From the NCBI RefSeq assembly GCF_009914755.1, contig NC_060942.1: a DNA stretch of 64,000 bases. One strand, given 5' to 3'. Shown piece by piece: positions 31,961 through 46,618 of this stretch. This DNA comes from the human T2T-CHM13v2.0 reference genome, Homo sapiens. Position numbers and translations under genes: made by a program. The notes beneath the pieces are model-generated. The model searched no databases. It saw nothing but the letters and a program-made list of their open reading frames with translations, and was not told where the DNA came from. Within the stretch, counting starts at the first letter, position 1; every line of letters begins with the position of its first letter.

Positions 31961-33312
31961 AGAACAAAGTTGAAGGACTTATACTACCTTATTTCAAGAC
32001 TTACAATAAGCTTCACTATAGCTAACTATAAGCCTTCACTATAAGCTACAATAATTAAGTCAGTTGGGTATTGGCATCATAAGAGAAAACCGATCAAATA
32101 GATTCCAGAAGTAAACCCACATATAGTTAGTTGGTAAGGAATTCAGGAAAGAAAGGACAGTCATTTGAACAAATAGTGCTGAGAAAATAATTGTATACCC
32201 ATAAAAAAAAAAGTTCATTCCTTACCTTGTGCTAGATACAAAAATCAACTCAAAATTAATCAAAGATATAAAACCTAAAACATATGTAATAATTCTAAAA
32301 GAAAGCATAGGAAACACTCTTTGTATTCCAGGTTAGGCAAAGATTTCTTAGATAAAATATCAAAAGCATGATCCATAAAAGAAAAACTAAGAAACTGAAC
32401 CTCATCAAAATTAAGTTTTTCTGCTCTTCAAAAAGCTAAATGATCATCTCAATAGAGACAAAAGATTTGGCAAAATACAATAATCATTCATGATCAAAAC
32501 TTTCAACAAACTAAGAATACATGGAACTTCCTCAACTTTATAAAGGCATCTACAAAATACAAATGTACTAGAGCTAATCTTGTATTTAATGGTGAAAGAT
32601 CGAATGCTTCCCTCTAAATCATGAAGAAGGCTCTCACCACATCCATCCAACATTATACTAAAGCTTCTAGCCAGGGCAATTAGGCAATTTAAAAAAATTA
32701 AAGGTATCCAGAGTGAATAGAAAGAAATAAAACTGTCTTTATTCACAGATAAGATGATCTTAAAACTGTTTTTATTCACAGATAACAAGATTTTATAGAT
32801 AGAAAATCCTAAGGGATCTACCAGAAAACAAAACAAAACAAAAAAAACTACCAGAACTAGTAAGTTCAGCAAGGCCACCAAATAGACGATCAATACACAA
32901 AAATCAATTGTATTTCTATATACTAACAATGAGCAATCCAAAAACTTTTAAAATTTTCATTCACAATGGCATTGAAAAGAATACTTAAGAATAAGTGTTT
33001 TTTTAAAAAAAAACCTAGACTTGCTCTCTAAAAATTACAAAAGATGCTCATAATCATCAGTCACTAGGGAAATGCAAATTAAAACCCACTAAGATACCAT
33101 TGCACATCTATCAGAATGCCCTCTCCCCCCCAAAAAAAAAAAAAAAACTGAACATAATAGATGTTGAAGATGTGGAACAACTGGAATGTCCATAGGAATG
33201 TTATTTGTAATAACTAGAAACAACCCCATTGTCCACCAACAGGTGAATGGATAAACAAATTGTGGTATGTCCACACAATGTAATACTACTCAGAAATAAA
33301 ATGAATAAACTA

Positions 33313-33497
33313 CAGTAAGCCTTCACTTAACTTGGTCAACAGGTTCTTGGAAACTGACTTTAATGAAACAGCATTACAAGTTCCATGCCATTTCACTAAA
33401 TGCTGATGAGAAAAAATAACTGGGTTTGTTATAAGTCAGTTTGCTTAAAGTCACAGTTTCCGAAAACCTATCTATGATGCCAAGTGAGGAACTGCTG
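33313..33497 (+). mobile_element. MER82-like TcMar-Tigger element, internally deleted
   Basis: TIRs CAGTAAGCCTTCACTT...AAGTGAGGAACTGCTG flanked by TA. Confidence 0.7.
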
Positions 33498-33522
33498 TAC
33501 TACTACATAAACAACATGGCTC

Positions 33523-34082
33523 AGCCGGGCGCGGTGGCTCGCACCTGTAATTCTAGCACTTTCGGAGACCAAGGCAGGCAGATCACTTGAGGCCATTCTA
33601 CCATAAAGACACATACATGTGTATGTTCACTGCTGCACTATTCACAATAGCAAAGACATGGAATCAACCTAAATGCCTATCAATGGGAGACTGATTAAGG
33701 AAAATGTGGTACATACACACCAATGAATACTATGCAGCCATAAAAATGCATGAGATCATATCCTTTGCGGCAACATGGATGGAGCTGGAGGCCATTATCC
33801 TATGCAAACTAATCCAGAAACAGAAAACCAAATACACATATTCTCACTTATAAGTGGGAGCTAAACAATGAGAACACATGGACCCAAAGAGGGGAATAAC
33901 AGACACCAGGGATTACTCGACGGCAGAGAGTGGGAGGAGGACCACAAAAATTACCTATCGGGTACTAGGCTTATTACCTGGGTGACAAAATAATCTGTAC
34001 ACCAAACCCCCATGACACAGTTTACCTACATAACAAACCTGCACACGTACCGCTGAAGCTAAATAAAAGTTTTTTAGAAAAA
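33523..34082 (+). mobile_element. Alu 5' fragment (about 72 bp) fused to an L1PA16-like 3' end
   Basis: GCCGGGCGCGG...CACTTGAGGCCA|TTCTACCATAAAGACAC..., then L1 3'UTR and AATAAAAG. Confidence 0.85.
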
Positions 34083-35131
34083 CAGCATGCCCACTTAAAT
34101 AAATCTACCCTAGAGACATACCTGCACATTTATGAAATAGCATAAGCCCATTATTCTTTGTACATAATTTATATTAACAATAATATCCATCAAGAGACTA
34201 GGTTAACAAATACACAACGAAGCATTTGCTACCTATAAAAAAGAACGAGAAAATCTCACGTATAGATAGATAGGGAATAATCCTCATACCTACTATTCTA
34301 TGCACATAAGACGTATTTTTAAGTTATAAAAACAGGGTGCAAAACAGTGTCTATAATATACCACCTTTTATGCAGGATGGGGAGAGGATAAGAATCTACA
34401 TACTTAGTTGCTTACATTTGCAAAAATAAAATAAAAATAGAAAAAAATAGCCAGAAAATAAAAATGACTACCAATAAGGAAAACATCTTAAAGGTAACTG
34501 GATGGGAGAGAGGCATCTCTGAGCTACATTTTTACGAAGAAAAAACAATTCCCAATAGTGAAAACAAACAAAAAAAAATCTAACTGTATGCTGAATGGGT
34601 AACGGTAGCTTTAAGGCACAGTATTTTGACTGTATATCCTTAGTGAGATTAGTCTATCTCAAAAAGAACTGCCAGGAAATCTTGAACTTTTCATTAGAAT
34701 TGTTCATAGCAATGTTAATATTGCTGTTCTGAAACTATCTTATGTATGTTTAAGGTCAAAGCTAATAAGCAATTATGCTGATATTGCTAGGAACGAAGAC
34801 TTTCTACAAGCGCAAGGATAAGAAATACAAATTTAAAATAAGAAAAATAGCAATAAACTCACGATCTTTAAAAATACGTATTTCCTAATTGTTCCTGAAA
34901 GAAAAGAATGATATCACAGTAGCTATAACCACCTCTAATGGCCTGGTTTTGGTCTTAATATACGTTCCACTATTAGAAGTAACCAGAACCTTTGGAAAAA
35001 TAGGCCTGTTCCAGGCTATTTATAACATAAGCCTGGGACATATTGAGTCAAAAAGAAAAAAGATTTTGAACACGAATGAGACAATGAAACCGGCTTAAAA
35101 GAACCAAAATCTTAAAAAATACTATTCCCTA

Positions 35132-35311
<180 letters not shown>

Positions 35312-37587
35312 TTACTTAACTTTAAAATAATCAGCTGAATATCATATTGCTCAATTTTCTAGTTAGTCATGCTCCAACATTTTCTCTTTTTTTCTAATGT
35401 TCTTAGAACTGTAGAGAAATCACAATTTACAATCACACTGAAGGCTTCTGTTCCAGTCACAGTACTACTTTACTACATAACAAATCAAATACATTTATAA
35501 TTGGAAAAGATATTGAAAGTAGCAATAATCTAACAAGTACTGTGAGATAGATTAAAATAATTTTTCGAATTTAGGGACCATCCATTTTACACGTAATATG
35601 TGACAAAGCACCAGAAAGGTTTAGAAAACGTATTCCAATAATTTCTACTTAGTACTAGAAGGCGTGAGCCTTCTCATAAATTAGTATTTTCCCACACAGG
35701 AGTTGCCTGGGAAGCTAAGCTTGGACTGGAGCAACTAAAGGAATAAATGAACATGCTAACATTTGCTAAAGAAACTATTTGTACTCACCTTAAACTCAAA
35801 AAAACTTCCCAAAGTCACACCCACCAGAGCAACCTCCTTTCTCCACAGAGACAGAATAACAAAGACTCCACTTCCATTATCCTGTGTGAGACGAACATTC
35901 ACACGAGACTTTCCCACCCCCGCATCCCAAAGGTTAAGTTCTAATGAATCAAAGTAAAACAAACTACCAGATTGGAAGGATCTAGATTAATTTTTTCACT
36001 AGAAGAGCTGGACCAAATTCTCTTACAAATCTCTTACGATATTGAACAGTTACAAATCATGCCATAATTTACCACAAAAGGGCAGGAGAACATTTAGTTT
36101 TTATGTACCAAGATATAGCTTTATAATTATCAATCTGACTTTTTAAAGCAAATTAAGGAAAGGTTAAATGCAAAATCATTAAAGTCTAAGACTGTTCTTC
36201 TCAGCTTACCAGACAGATAAACATATGTACTTTATGATGCCAAAGTTCAGATCTTTCTTCATTTCACATTATTAGTATATGAATTAATATATAGTTCCAG
36301 CTAGTAGAAGCACTTACTGAGTAAAAAGTATGAGTACACAGTTTTCCTCAGGATAAAAACATTTTAAATGTTTTCCAAATATATACCTTCCTGCTTCTTT
36401 CTCCTCCATCACCTCCAAGTGGCAAAAAATAGACATGGGACTTAAAGAACCATTAACTTGGAATATATATTTTTACTTTGCCAGTATAAAGTAAAAAGGG
36501 CAAAACTTGGTTATCTTATTTATATCCTGATGAGTTTATCAAACGTTGAAAATGTATAGATTTTGAGAATAAAAATCATGACTGTTTTCTTTCTAAAACT
36601 TTCTTTACACCTTGCAAAATGCTAAAGTATTTAAAAGCATGGACTTTAGATTCAAAAGAATCGTGGTTCAAGTCCCTGCTTTTAGCCGTTTGACTTCAGG
36701 CAAGTTTCTAAACCACTCAAAAACTCAGCTTCATCATTTGTAAAAATGGAGATAAAATTAGTTAACTACCAGTGAAAAAACAAAATGGGTTGATATGAAA
36801 AATACACGAAATAATGCACACAAAACCAAGTATGAAGGCAGAACCCAGTAGGGACACGTGCTAACTGTTGTTTCATTACTAGACTCAGCAGACGTCTGTC
36901 ATATTGTTATTGCTGTTACCATTGTTCAGTACAATTACAATTAAATACCAGTGTATATTTCAGTCAACCTCTTCAAATTTTCCTAGTACATCTGAACAAA
37001 AATGGGATCTCAAAATATTTGTGGCTTTTTTAAGAAAAATTACTACAAAGGTAAGAATCCAGTTTTGGAGTTTTGTTTTTAACATGTTAAGTGGCTTAAG
37101 TAGCAAGAAATGAATGGGAAGAGTAAACAACTGACAGCTAATCAAAAAGTTTCCAAAGAGCAAAAGCCAAAGATTTTTTTATTCTGGTCTATTCATGCCA
37201 GTCCACCTTTTATACCTTATTCCAGTTGCTGAATGTTGTCACTGCTCAAATTTAAAATAGCCATACAGTCCAAAAAAAAAAGAAAAAAATAGAAGACAGC
37301 AAGAATAAATGCAAAAAATAGATAAAAATTCTAAAAAAAAAATAAGCATGAAAGCCTGTGCCAATAAAAACTCATAAAATGGAAGGGCAAGCTGAATAGC
37401 CCTCCAAGGCATCCACATTTAATTTAAAAATAATAAAGACCTTATTAGGTTTTTAGAAATTTATATCCCAAAAGATAAGTAAATACAGATTCCAAAGGCC
37501 CTAACATAGAAGAGAAAAAAAGGAAAATCCTAACGAAATACAAAACAGACACAAATTATATCAGAATTACGATTTCTAAAACAACTA

Positions 37588-37851
<264 letters not shown>

Positions 37852-37956
37852 TTAGAAGCCTCATACAAGTCACAACTCTACTGCTTCATTCAACTCTGGT
37901 CAGATTTGTAGAAACTTTGACAAATTTACGAAATTAAATTCCATAAAGATGACTCA

Positions 37957-38305
<349 letters not shown>

Positions 38306-39450
38306 TCAGGCTGATATCTCAAAACATGTCAACATTCCTATAGTAGGAATCAATATTAGCACTGATAACCCATTCATTTCCAAAAGGAAATAAGCAGATT
38401 TATAGGAAAGCTCTTCTGTAATCAACGTGTAGAGACAAAACCAATAGTTCATACCGTTTCCTAGATTTTCTGAGTTTCACCACTGTTCTGAGTAAGCCAG
38501 TGTTAGTAAATGAAGGATGTTTCTAGAAAAACCTCATGGGAAATGTATTACTTCACTTAGTACATTCGACATCATGTAGTGACTTCAAAAATGCACCCAA
38601 AAAAACGGAACATCCCATTGTCCTTGGCTTTCTTCATTAAAAAGTTCTTACCTCGGATGTAAAGTGCTGGAGTAAGGATTTAAAAAGTGTAGAAAGGCTA
38701 GAGCCTCACACTTACAAAGAGCCTCAAAATTTTGTCTTTTGATGTTATCCACAACTGAAGCTGGATCACAAGAGACATATTAATGCTATGGAACATTTAA
38801 ATTTGCCCAAATTATAAACCAACTTTGTCGTTTCTTCAATTTCAAGATACCAAGCACCCCAAAATATGGAAACAACTCGGGCTTCTCTGTAACTCTGAAA
38901 GGAAGTTTCAGTGAGGAAGCTGTTCACTCAGGAGTGAAAACTTAGAAGCATGAAGCACACAAGAGAATGAGGCAGAAAGGCTTCAGGAGAAAGAGAAAAA
39001 CATGGCTGAACAACCAACTACAATATAAGGACTAAGAGCATAGACTCTCCTATCATTTTATTTAACCCTAGCTCTGCTCTTTACCAACTGTTATGCTCTT
39101 AACCTCTCTAAACCTCAATGAGGATGATAATAATAATACTAATGCTATATATAATATCAATCCTATTCTAGGACAACTAAAGGAGACAAAGTATGCAAAG
39201 CACAGGGCATAACACCATACACACAGCAGGTATGAATCAGTATTAGCTTGTTAACAGTAGTAGCAGTATTGCAAGAAAATAATTAAGCCAACAGACCAAT
39301 GCTTAACTTAGTGAACATTTTTTAGAATGACACTAAAGAGACTAATATGTTTCTAACACGTTTGCACCCAAGGATAAGGTAACATACAAATACCACACCA
39401 ATCCTTTTAAGCAGAGTTGGTGTATGAAAATCTGGGTGCCAAGCACTGGG

Positions 39451-39748
39451 GGCCAAGCATGGTGACTCATGTCTGTAATCTCAGCACTTTACGAGGCCAA
39501 GATGGGAAGATCACTTGAGCCCAGGAGTTCGAGACCAGCCTGGGAAACATAGTGAGACCCCATCTCTACAAAAAATAAAAGGCTTAGCCAAGTATGGTAG
39601 TGCACATCTGTGGTCCCAGCCACTCAGGAGGCTGAGGCGAAAGGATCACTTGAGCCCAGAAGTCAAGGCTATAATCGTGCCACTGCACTCCAGCCTAGGC
39701 AAGAGAGTGAGACCTTGTCTCAAAAAAAAAAAAAAAAAAAGAAAAAAA
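39451..39748 (+). mobile_element. AluJ
   Basis: Diverged Alu with poly(A). Confidence 0.9.
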
Positions 39749-40337
39749 TCTGTATTTACACAAACAAATACCATAAATTGTTCACCTTGAAGGAGTCCTT
39801 ATTTTATAAAATTCTCCAACCATTCCTTTTAACAGTAAACACTTATCCATTTGTTATAAGACTTACAAAAATATGTGTAAAATACTATCAACAATGTATC
39901 TATCATTTAAAGCTATTCTTTTAAACTTGATCATATTCCGTTTGCAGCTGGTAAAAACAATTTATTGGGTCAGAATCATTTCTTTTCTAATGAAATCGGA
40001 ACTGAAAATATAGTTCAGTGTGTCAAACATAGTATCAGAATACTATTATGTGAACATTTTGTTTTGGGGGACACATACACACACATATATATACATAAAC
40101 AGAGCATATGTTCAAGTACTGAGCACTGAGTTGCGATGTAATATTTATCTGTCCTTACCGTGGATCATGGTCAAAAAAAGTATGAAGCCAGGGTTTAACA
40201 CAAGGCCTATACCTGTGTTAATGTTTCAAAAAAAAAAAAAAAAAAAAGGACAGAAAAATAATTATCTCCTTCTGAAATTAACACACACACAAGTTAACCG
40301 GCATTTCTCATTTCCCCAGAGACACTGCTAGCAGTCA

Positions 40338-40529
<192 letters not shown>

Positions 40530-40807
40530 TTATCCTTTAGTAGAAACAGACTTCTGACTATGTGGTATTTATGTATCATTCTTCCAAAAACATTAACAAA
40601 TTAAGATAGTAGGAATCCTTCTACAGGGGTAAAAACAAAAGCAAAGATCAAACTTTTCTATAAGTATTCACTTAGTACATTTAGGTTTATATCTAACTGA
40701 CTTGATTACATGGGACCTTCTAGTCAATGGCATTCAGTTACAACATTAGAGACTACCAAAGCAGAAAAACACTAGATCATGCACTCGTCTGCTTAAAACT
40801 CTCCAAG

Positions 40808-42030
40808 AATGGCTACCTCATACTGTACATAAAAATTAATTCAAAGTGGATCAACAACCTAAATATAAAAGCTAAAGCCATAAAGCTCTTAGCGGAAAAA
40901 ATAAATCTTCATGACCTTGAATTTGGCAATCGATTGTTAACTATGACATCGAAAGCACAAACAACCAAGGAACAGACAGATAAGCTGGACTTCATCAAAA
41001 TCTAAAACTTTGGTACACCAAGGGAACATTACAAGAAAGTGTTAAGATAACTTATAGAGTGGGAGGAAATATTGGCAAACCATATATCTGATAAGGGTTT
41101 AATTTTCAGAATATATAAGTAACCTAAAACCCAGCAATAAAGAAACCAGTCCAATTTTTAAAACGGGCAAAGAACTTTAATAAACATTTCTCCAAAGAAG
41201 ATACATGAACAAACAATAAGCACATAAAAAGTTATTAGAGATTCATTGGTCATTAATTATTAGGTCTTTAGAGAAATGCAAATCAAAACCATGAGATACC
41301 ACTTCACATCTACTAGGATGACTACGATTATTTTTAAAAAAGAAAAAAATGAACAAGTCAGTGATGATGTGGAAAAACTGGAAGCTTTATATATTGCTGA
41401 TAGAAATGTAAATGGTACAGCTGCTGTGGAAAATAGTTTGGTGATTCTTCAAAAAGCTAAAGATAGAATTTCCATATGACGCAGCAATTTCACTATTATT
41501 CACTGGGTATTACCCAAAAGAATTGAAACCAGGCACTGCACAGATACTTGCATGCCAATGTTCACTGAAGCATTATTCACAACCGCCAAATGTGGGTACA
41601 ACCCACATGTCCATCGACAAATGCATAGATGAATAAAATGTGGGATATACATGCAAAGGAATATTATTCAGCCATATAAAGGAATGAAGTTCTGATACAA
41701 GCTACAATGTGGATGAAGCTTGAAAACATTACAAATAAACCAGACACAAAAGGACAAATACTGTATGATTCCTCTTAGATGAGGTACCTAGAATAGACAA
41801 AATCAGAGACAGAAAGTAAATTAGAGTTTACCAGCTTTGGGGAAAGGAAAAATGAGGAATCACTGCTTAATGATTAGAGTTTCTGTTTCAGATAATGAAG
41901 AGGTTTAGAAACAGATAGTGGTGATGGCTGCACAACAATGTGAATGTTATTAATGTCACTATATTGTATACTTAAAAATGTTTATAATGGCATATTTTAT
42001 ATTATACCTATTTTACCCCAATTTAAAAAA
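40808..42030 (+). mobile_element. L1M (MB-like) 3' fragment
   Basis: ORF2 C-terminal peptides (KINSKWI, MQIKTMRYHFT) and 3'UTR. Confidence 0.85.
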
Positions 42031-42349
42031 AGAATTAGTTAATAAAAGCATTTACAGTCAGAGAGAGGGGGAAAAAAAACTCTCCAAGAGCTTCTCACTA
42101 CACTTCAAAGAAAATATAAAATCTTTAAAAAGATCTGCAAGCCCCAATATACTCTGGCCCCTAACTACCTCTCTGATGTCACCTCATTCTCCTCTTCTGC
42201 CCAGCTCACTGCAGTCCACTCTCATGGGCTTTATTTCAGTTGCTCAAGGACATCACCCTCAGTGCTAACCTTGAGGCCTGGCCTTCCCTGGAACACTCTT
42301 CTTGCAGCTCTTCGAGTGACGATTCCTTGTCACCCTTCAGGTCACCTCC

Positions 42350-42656
42350 TCTGAGGGACTTTCTCTGACTATCCTAAATGAAGCTATGTTTACCCAACCA
42401 CGTTGTGTCACATCACCCTTTTTATTTCCTTCAAGTACTTCTCCTTATCTCAAGCAAACTTGATTGTTTATCACCTGTCCCCAGCCTTTTAAAATAGAAG
42501 CTTTCTGAGGGACTTTCCCTGACTATCCTAAATGAAGCTATGTTTACCCAACCACATTCTGTCACATCACCCTTTTTATTTCCTTCAAGTACTTCTCCTT
42601 ATCTCAAGCAAACTTGATTGTTTATCACCTGTGCCCAGCCTTTTAAAATAGAAGCT
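42350..42656. repeat. 154-bp-period tandem duplication within an L2 remnant
   Basis: Copies 42350-42502 and 42504-42656; four mismatches counted. Confidence 0.95.
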
Positions 42657-43073
42657 CATAAGGGCTTGGATCTTATTCGTTTGTTCAGTGTTATACTTCC
42701 CTAGAGGCTAGAATATCAGGGGCATAAAACAGGTAATAAATACATACTTATTAAATACATTAACAATTCTTCAGAGATATCAACTTTTTAAATCAACATT
42801 GTAACTCTTTTTCTGTTGAAGTATGGGGTACCCAGACGTTCTCTATTACCAGTCATTTGTACAATGCCATACCCTCTAAGATCTAGAATAAAACCAAGGT
42901 AAAGCATAAATATTCAAGTAGCACAGGATCAGTGAAACTCCCAATGAAATAGGGATTAACTATGAAACATGATGACAAATGACTATAATATTTGACTTTC
43001 GATGCAGGTTGCATTAAGCTCACAAAAATCCTAAATGGTACTGGTTTTGTCGAAGCCAGGCTGGTACTCTATT

Positions 43074-43092
43074 TGGCCATTAGGTGGCACTT
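43074..43092 (+). promoter_or_regulatory. Candidate CTCF site in intron 7
   Basis: TGGCCATTAGGTGGCACTT resembles the CTCF core TGGCCACCAGGGGGCGC; sequence appears non-repetitive. Confidence 0.5.
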
Positions 43093-43509
43093 TTTCTCTG
43101 AAGTCTCACATTGCTGCAACACTTGACTACATTGCAAGTTGCATAAAAATACTCTTCATAAAATTCAAATCAATATTTTTCAAACAAAACAATGTATTAA
43201 CACTATATGTAACTTGCTAAATTGTCCAAAGTCCTACATGAATAGCCATACCAAATATCCGAGTCACTACATCCCAACAACACTATATAGAATCTCTGCA
43301 AGTTTGGGAGAAAAAAGAAAAACACCTTGTAAATATCTCTTATCCAGAAAAAAAAAAAAGGCTCAAGAGATCATGGCAGTTTCTGTCATTCACGCAATCT
43401 GTAAAGATAATCATTTGAATACATTTAGGAGTGGGGAGTTTATGTTGTGAAAATGCGTACACAATAAACCCTAACAGTAACTATAATGGAAGGTTCCCAG
43501 AAGAATCTA

Positions 43510-43707
<198 letters not shown>

Positions 43708-44646
43708 TCAAGAAGAGCCGTGAAAATTACTAAGGGAACAAAGAGCTCAACTTCAAAGCAGAATGTGGAGCTTAAGTAAGTAAGCCTAAGTGAATAATCA
43801 AGAGAAAATAAGTTGCCAAATATTTGTAAGACATAAGAAACTGAAATGGGCAAATATGACTTGGCATAAAGCAAGGAGATGGGTCAAAATAAAATAAGAC
43901 AACAACATTTAAATAGAATAGTCAGTGTTTCCTATTTCTAAAATCTGTTAGTTGAGTAACCATTCTGAGAGAAGACAGAAATTATTCCCCACTCAGGACA
44001 TTACATTACAGAGAACATTTTAAAAATCACAGCAAGCCCTTTTCATCTCAAGCATCTAAACCATTTAACCACATTTTAGTAATTAACAGCTTTCCTCTGC
44101 GATCATTTGCCAGCTTTGATCCTAGGTATTAACAGTTGGCACCCACTGGAGTCCATTTCAGCCCTGGGAGTGTGGAGCGAGAATGCTGAGCCATTACTGG
44201 CTGCTGTGAAGATGTTGCAATTCCCCACCCTGGATCCCTCTCTCTCTACTATACAAGCAATAAACTAGAAAAAAAGAAAAGAATCCATCTGCGTTACTCA
44301 CCGCTACTGTATTTTCCCAGCATGTAGCACTGTGCGTTAAATAAACGAGATACTCAAGAAGCAATGCTATTCTTACTTTTAATAAGGGCTCCTGCACAAT
44401 CTCAATGTCCAAAGTCTACTCTACCATTTAGGTGATCCATAAATGGTAACTCAAGGTGGCCAGACTGGACTGCAAGTGTCAAATGAAACTACTACTATTG
44501 GAAGAACTATAACTATCCACCCAAGTTAGCGAATAAGTGCTTTAAATAGCCAAATACTTCACTTTTTAAAAACATGAGTACAAAGTTCCTTCCCAAGAAC
44601 TCCTACTCTGCAAAATTTGCTTTATTGCAAAAAGTTCTCTAGTTCA

Positions 44647-44937
<291 letters not shown>

Positions 44938-45957
44938 CTAACCAATAAACAACTCTAGGGCAGTGCTCCTTCCGTTTGTCCATTATTTGTGATATTGTTA
45001 ACTGCCTGTTGATTTTGCATTCCCCACTAGACCCTCTCAAGAGCAGGAACGACATCATACTAAACACTGTACCCTCAGAGATTATCACAAGTCTGCAAAA
45101 CGAGTTCAATGAGGTCAAAGAGCACACAATTCTAGGAAATCTGCCAAATAAATTAAGAAATGAGACAGAACAAAAGTACAGAGGCAAATTCTAAGAATTA
45201 AAGTCCTTACTGATCTTCCCCACTCAAGGTGAATCAGATTAGGACTCCCCTCTTATCCCATACAGAGGACACCTATCAACTTCTGCCCACCTAGGATTGG
45301 CAGTTGTTCACTCCCCACCCCAAAAAAATCACACCCCTTCTCTCAGCCCAGTTCCATTATACTATCCACCATTCACTATCTACAGGCATGCATTAGAAAT
45401 TATCGCCATCTCTGCCTTTGGGACTGACTCAAAACTGAGAGATCATACAACCTCCTAACCCTTTCCCATGTGCACTTTGCCTCTCGAATATGTTGTTCCA
45501 AGAGAATTCATGTCATTATTAAAAATCACTTAATGGCATCCACCTGTAATCTGGACTTAGCCCTAGTAAATTGGTCTTTATTTTCCAGATTTATACCCCA
45601 AAAAAGCAGATAACTCGTGTATTGTGGCATTTATGAAACTGCACAAAGTGAATCTGGACATTAAAATACTCTCTAAATTTCTATATATCAGCTATTTACT
45701 CTTGTGGGTAGCAATCAATTAACAGTCATTACATTAGATTGGATCAGTGGTACCCAACCTTATCCACATGGTTTAATTTGTCTCCTAATGAAGCCCACAT
45801 TTTGAAATATATTCTGCCAAAAAGACTACATTTATGTTCAATTTTCCATTTTTATCAATCAAGGGCATAAGCAATGGCCAATAAGAGAATCTGGCCAATA
45901 AGAGAAAACTCCTGTCACCAAGGACTACACAAGAGTCCAACCACAAAAAGAAACGTG

Positions 45958-46264
45958 GGCCAAATGCAGTGGCTCACACCTGGAATCTCAGCACTTTGAG
46001 AGGCCAAGAGGGGCGGATCACTTGAGATTAAGAGTTGAAGACCAGCTTGGCCAACGTGGGGAAACCCCATCTCTACTAAAAATACAAAAATTAGCTCAGC
46101 GTGGTGGTGCGTGCCTGTAATTCCAGCTACTCAGGAGGCTGTGGCACAAGAATCGCTTGAACCCAGGAGGCGGAGGTTGCATTGAGCCAGATGGTGCCAT
46201 TGCACTCCAGCCCGGGTGACAGAGTGAGACTCTGTCTCAAAAATAAATAAATAAATAAATAAAA
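45958..46264 (+). mobile_element. AluS with (AAAT)n tail
   Basis: Full Alu; TSD AAAAGAAAC(G/T)TG. Confidence 0.93.
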
Positions 46265-46456
46265 GAAACTTGATGTGTAGATTGATTAAAAGCAAATAGG
46301 AATTTTTTTCTGGCTAGCTTTTTGAAAAATAAAAATCATTTAAATATGACCATTACTACCTTTCACTGCCACTAGTATCTTTTCCTGGTAAAACATATTG
46401 TAATAACTATCAAACTTAATGACTATAAGTGAACAAAAATACCTGAAAATACATCA

Positions 46457-46618
<162 letters not shown>

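Noticed and set aside
44040-44500. Moderately GC-rich intron 6 stretch considered as a snoRNA or ancient SINE
   Set aside because: No convincing C/D or H/ACA box arrangement or family match by eye; needs an Rfam/Dfam search
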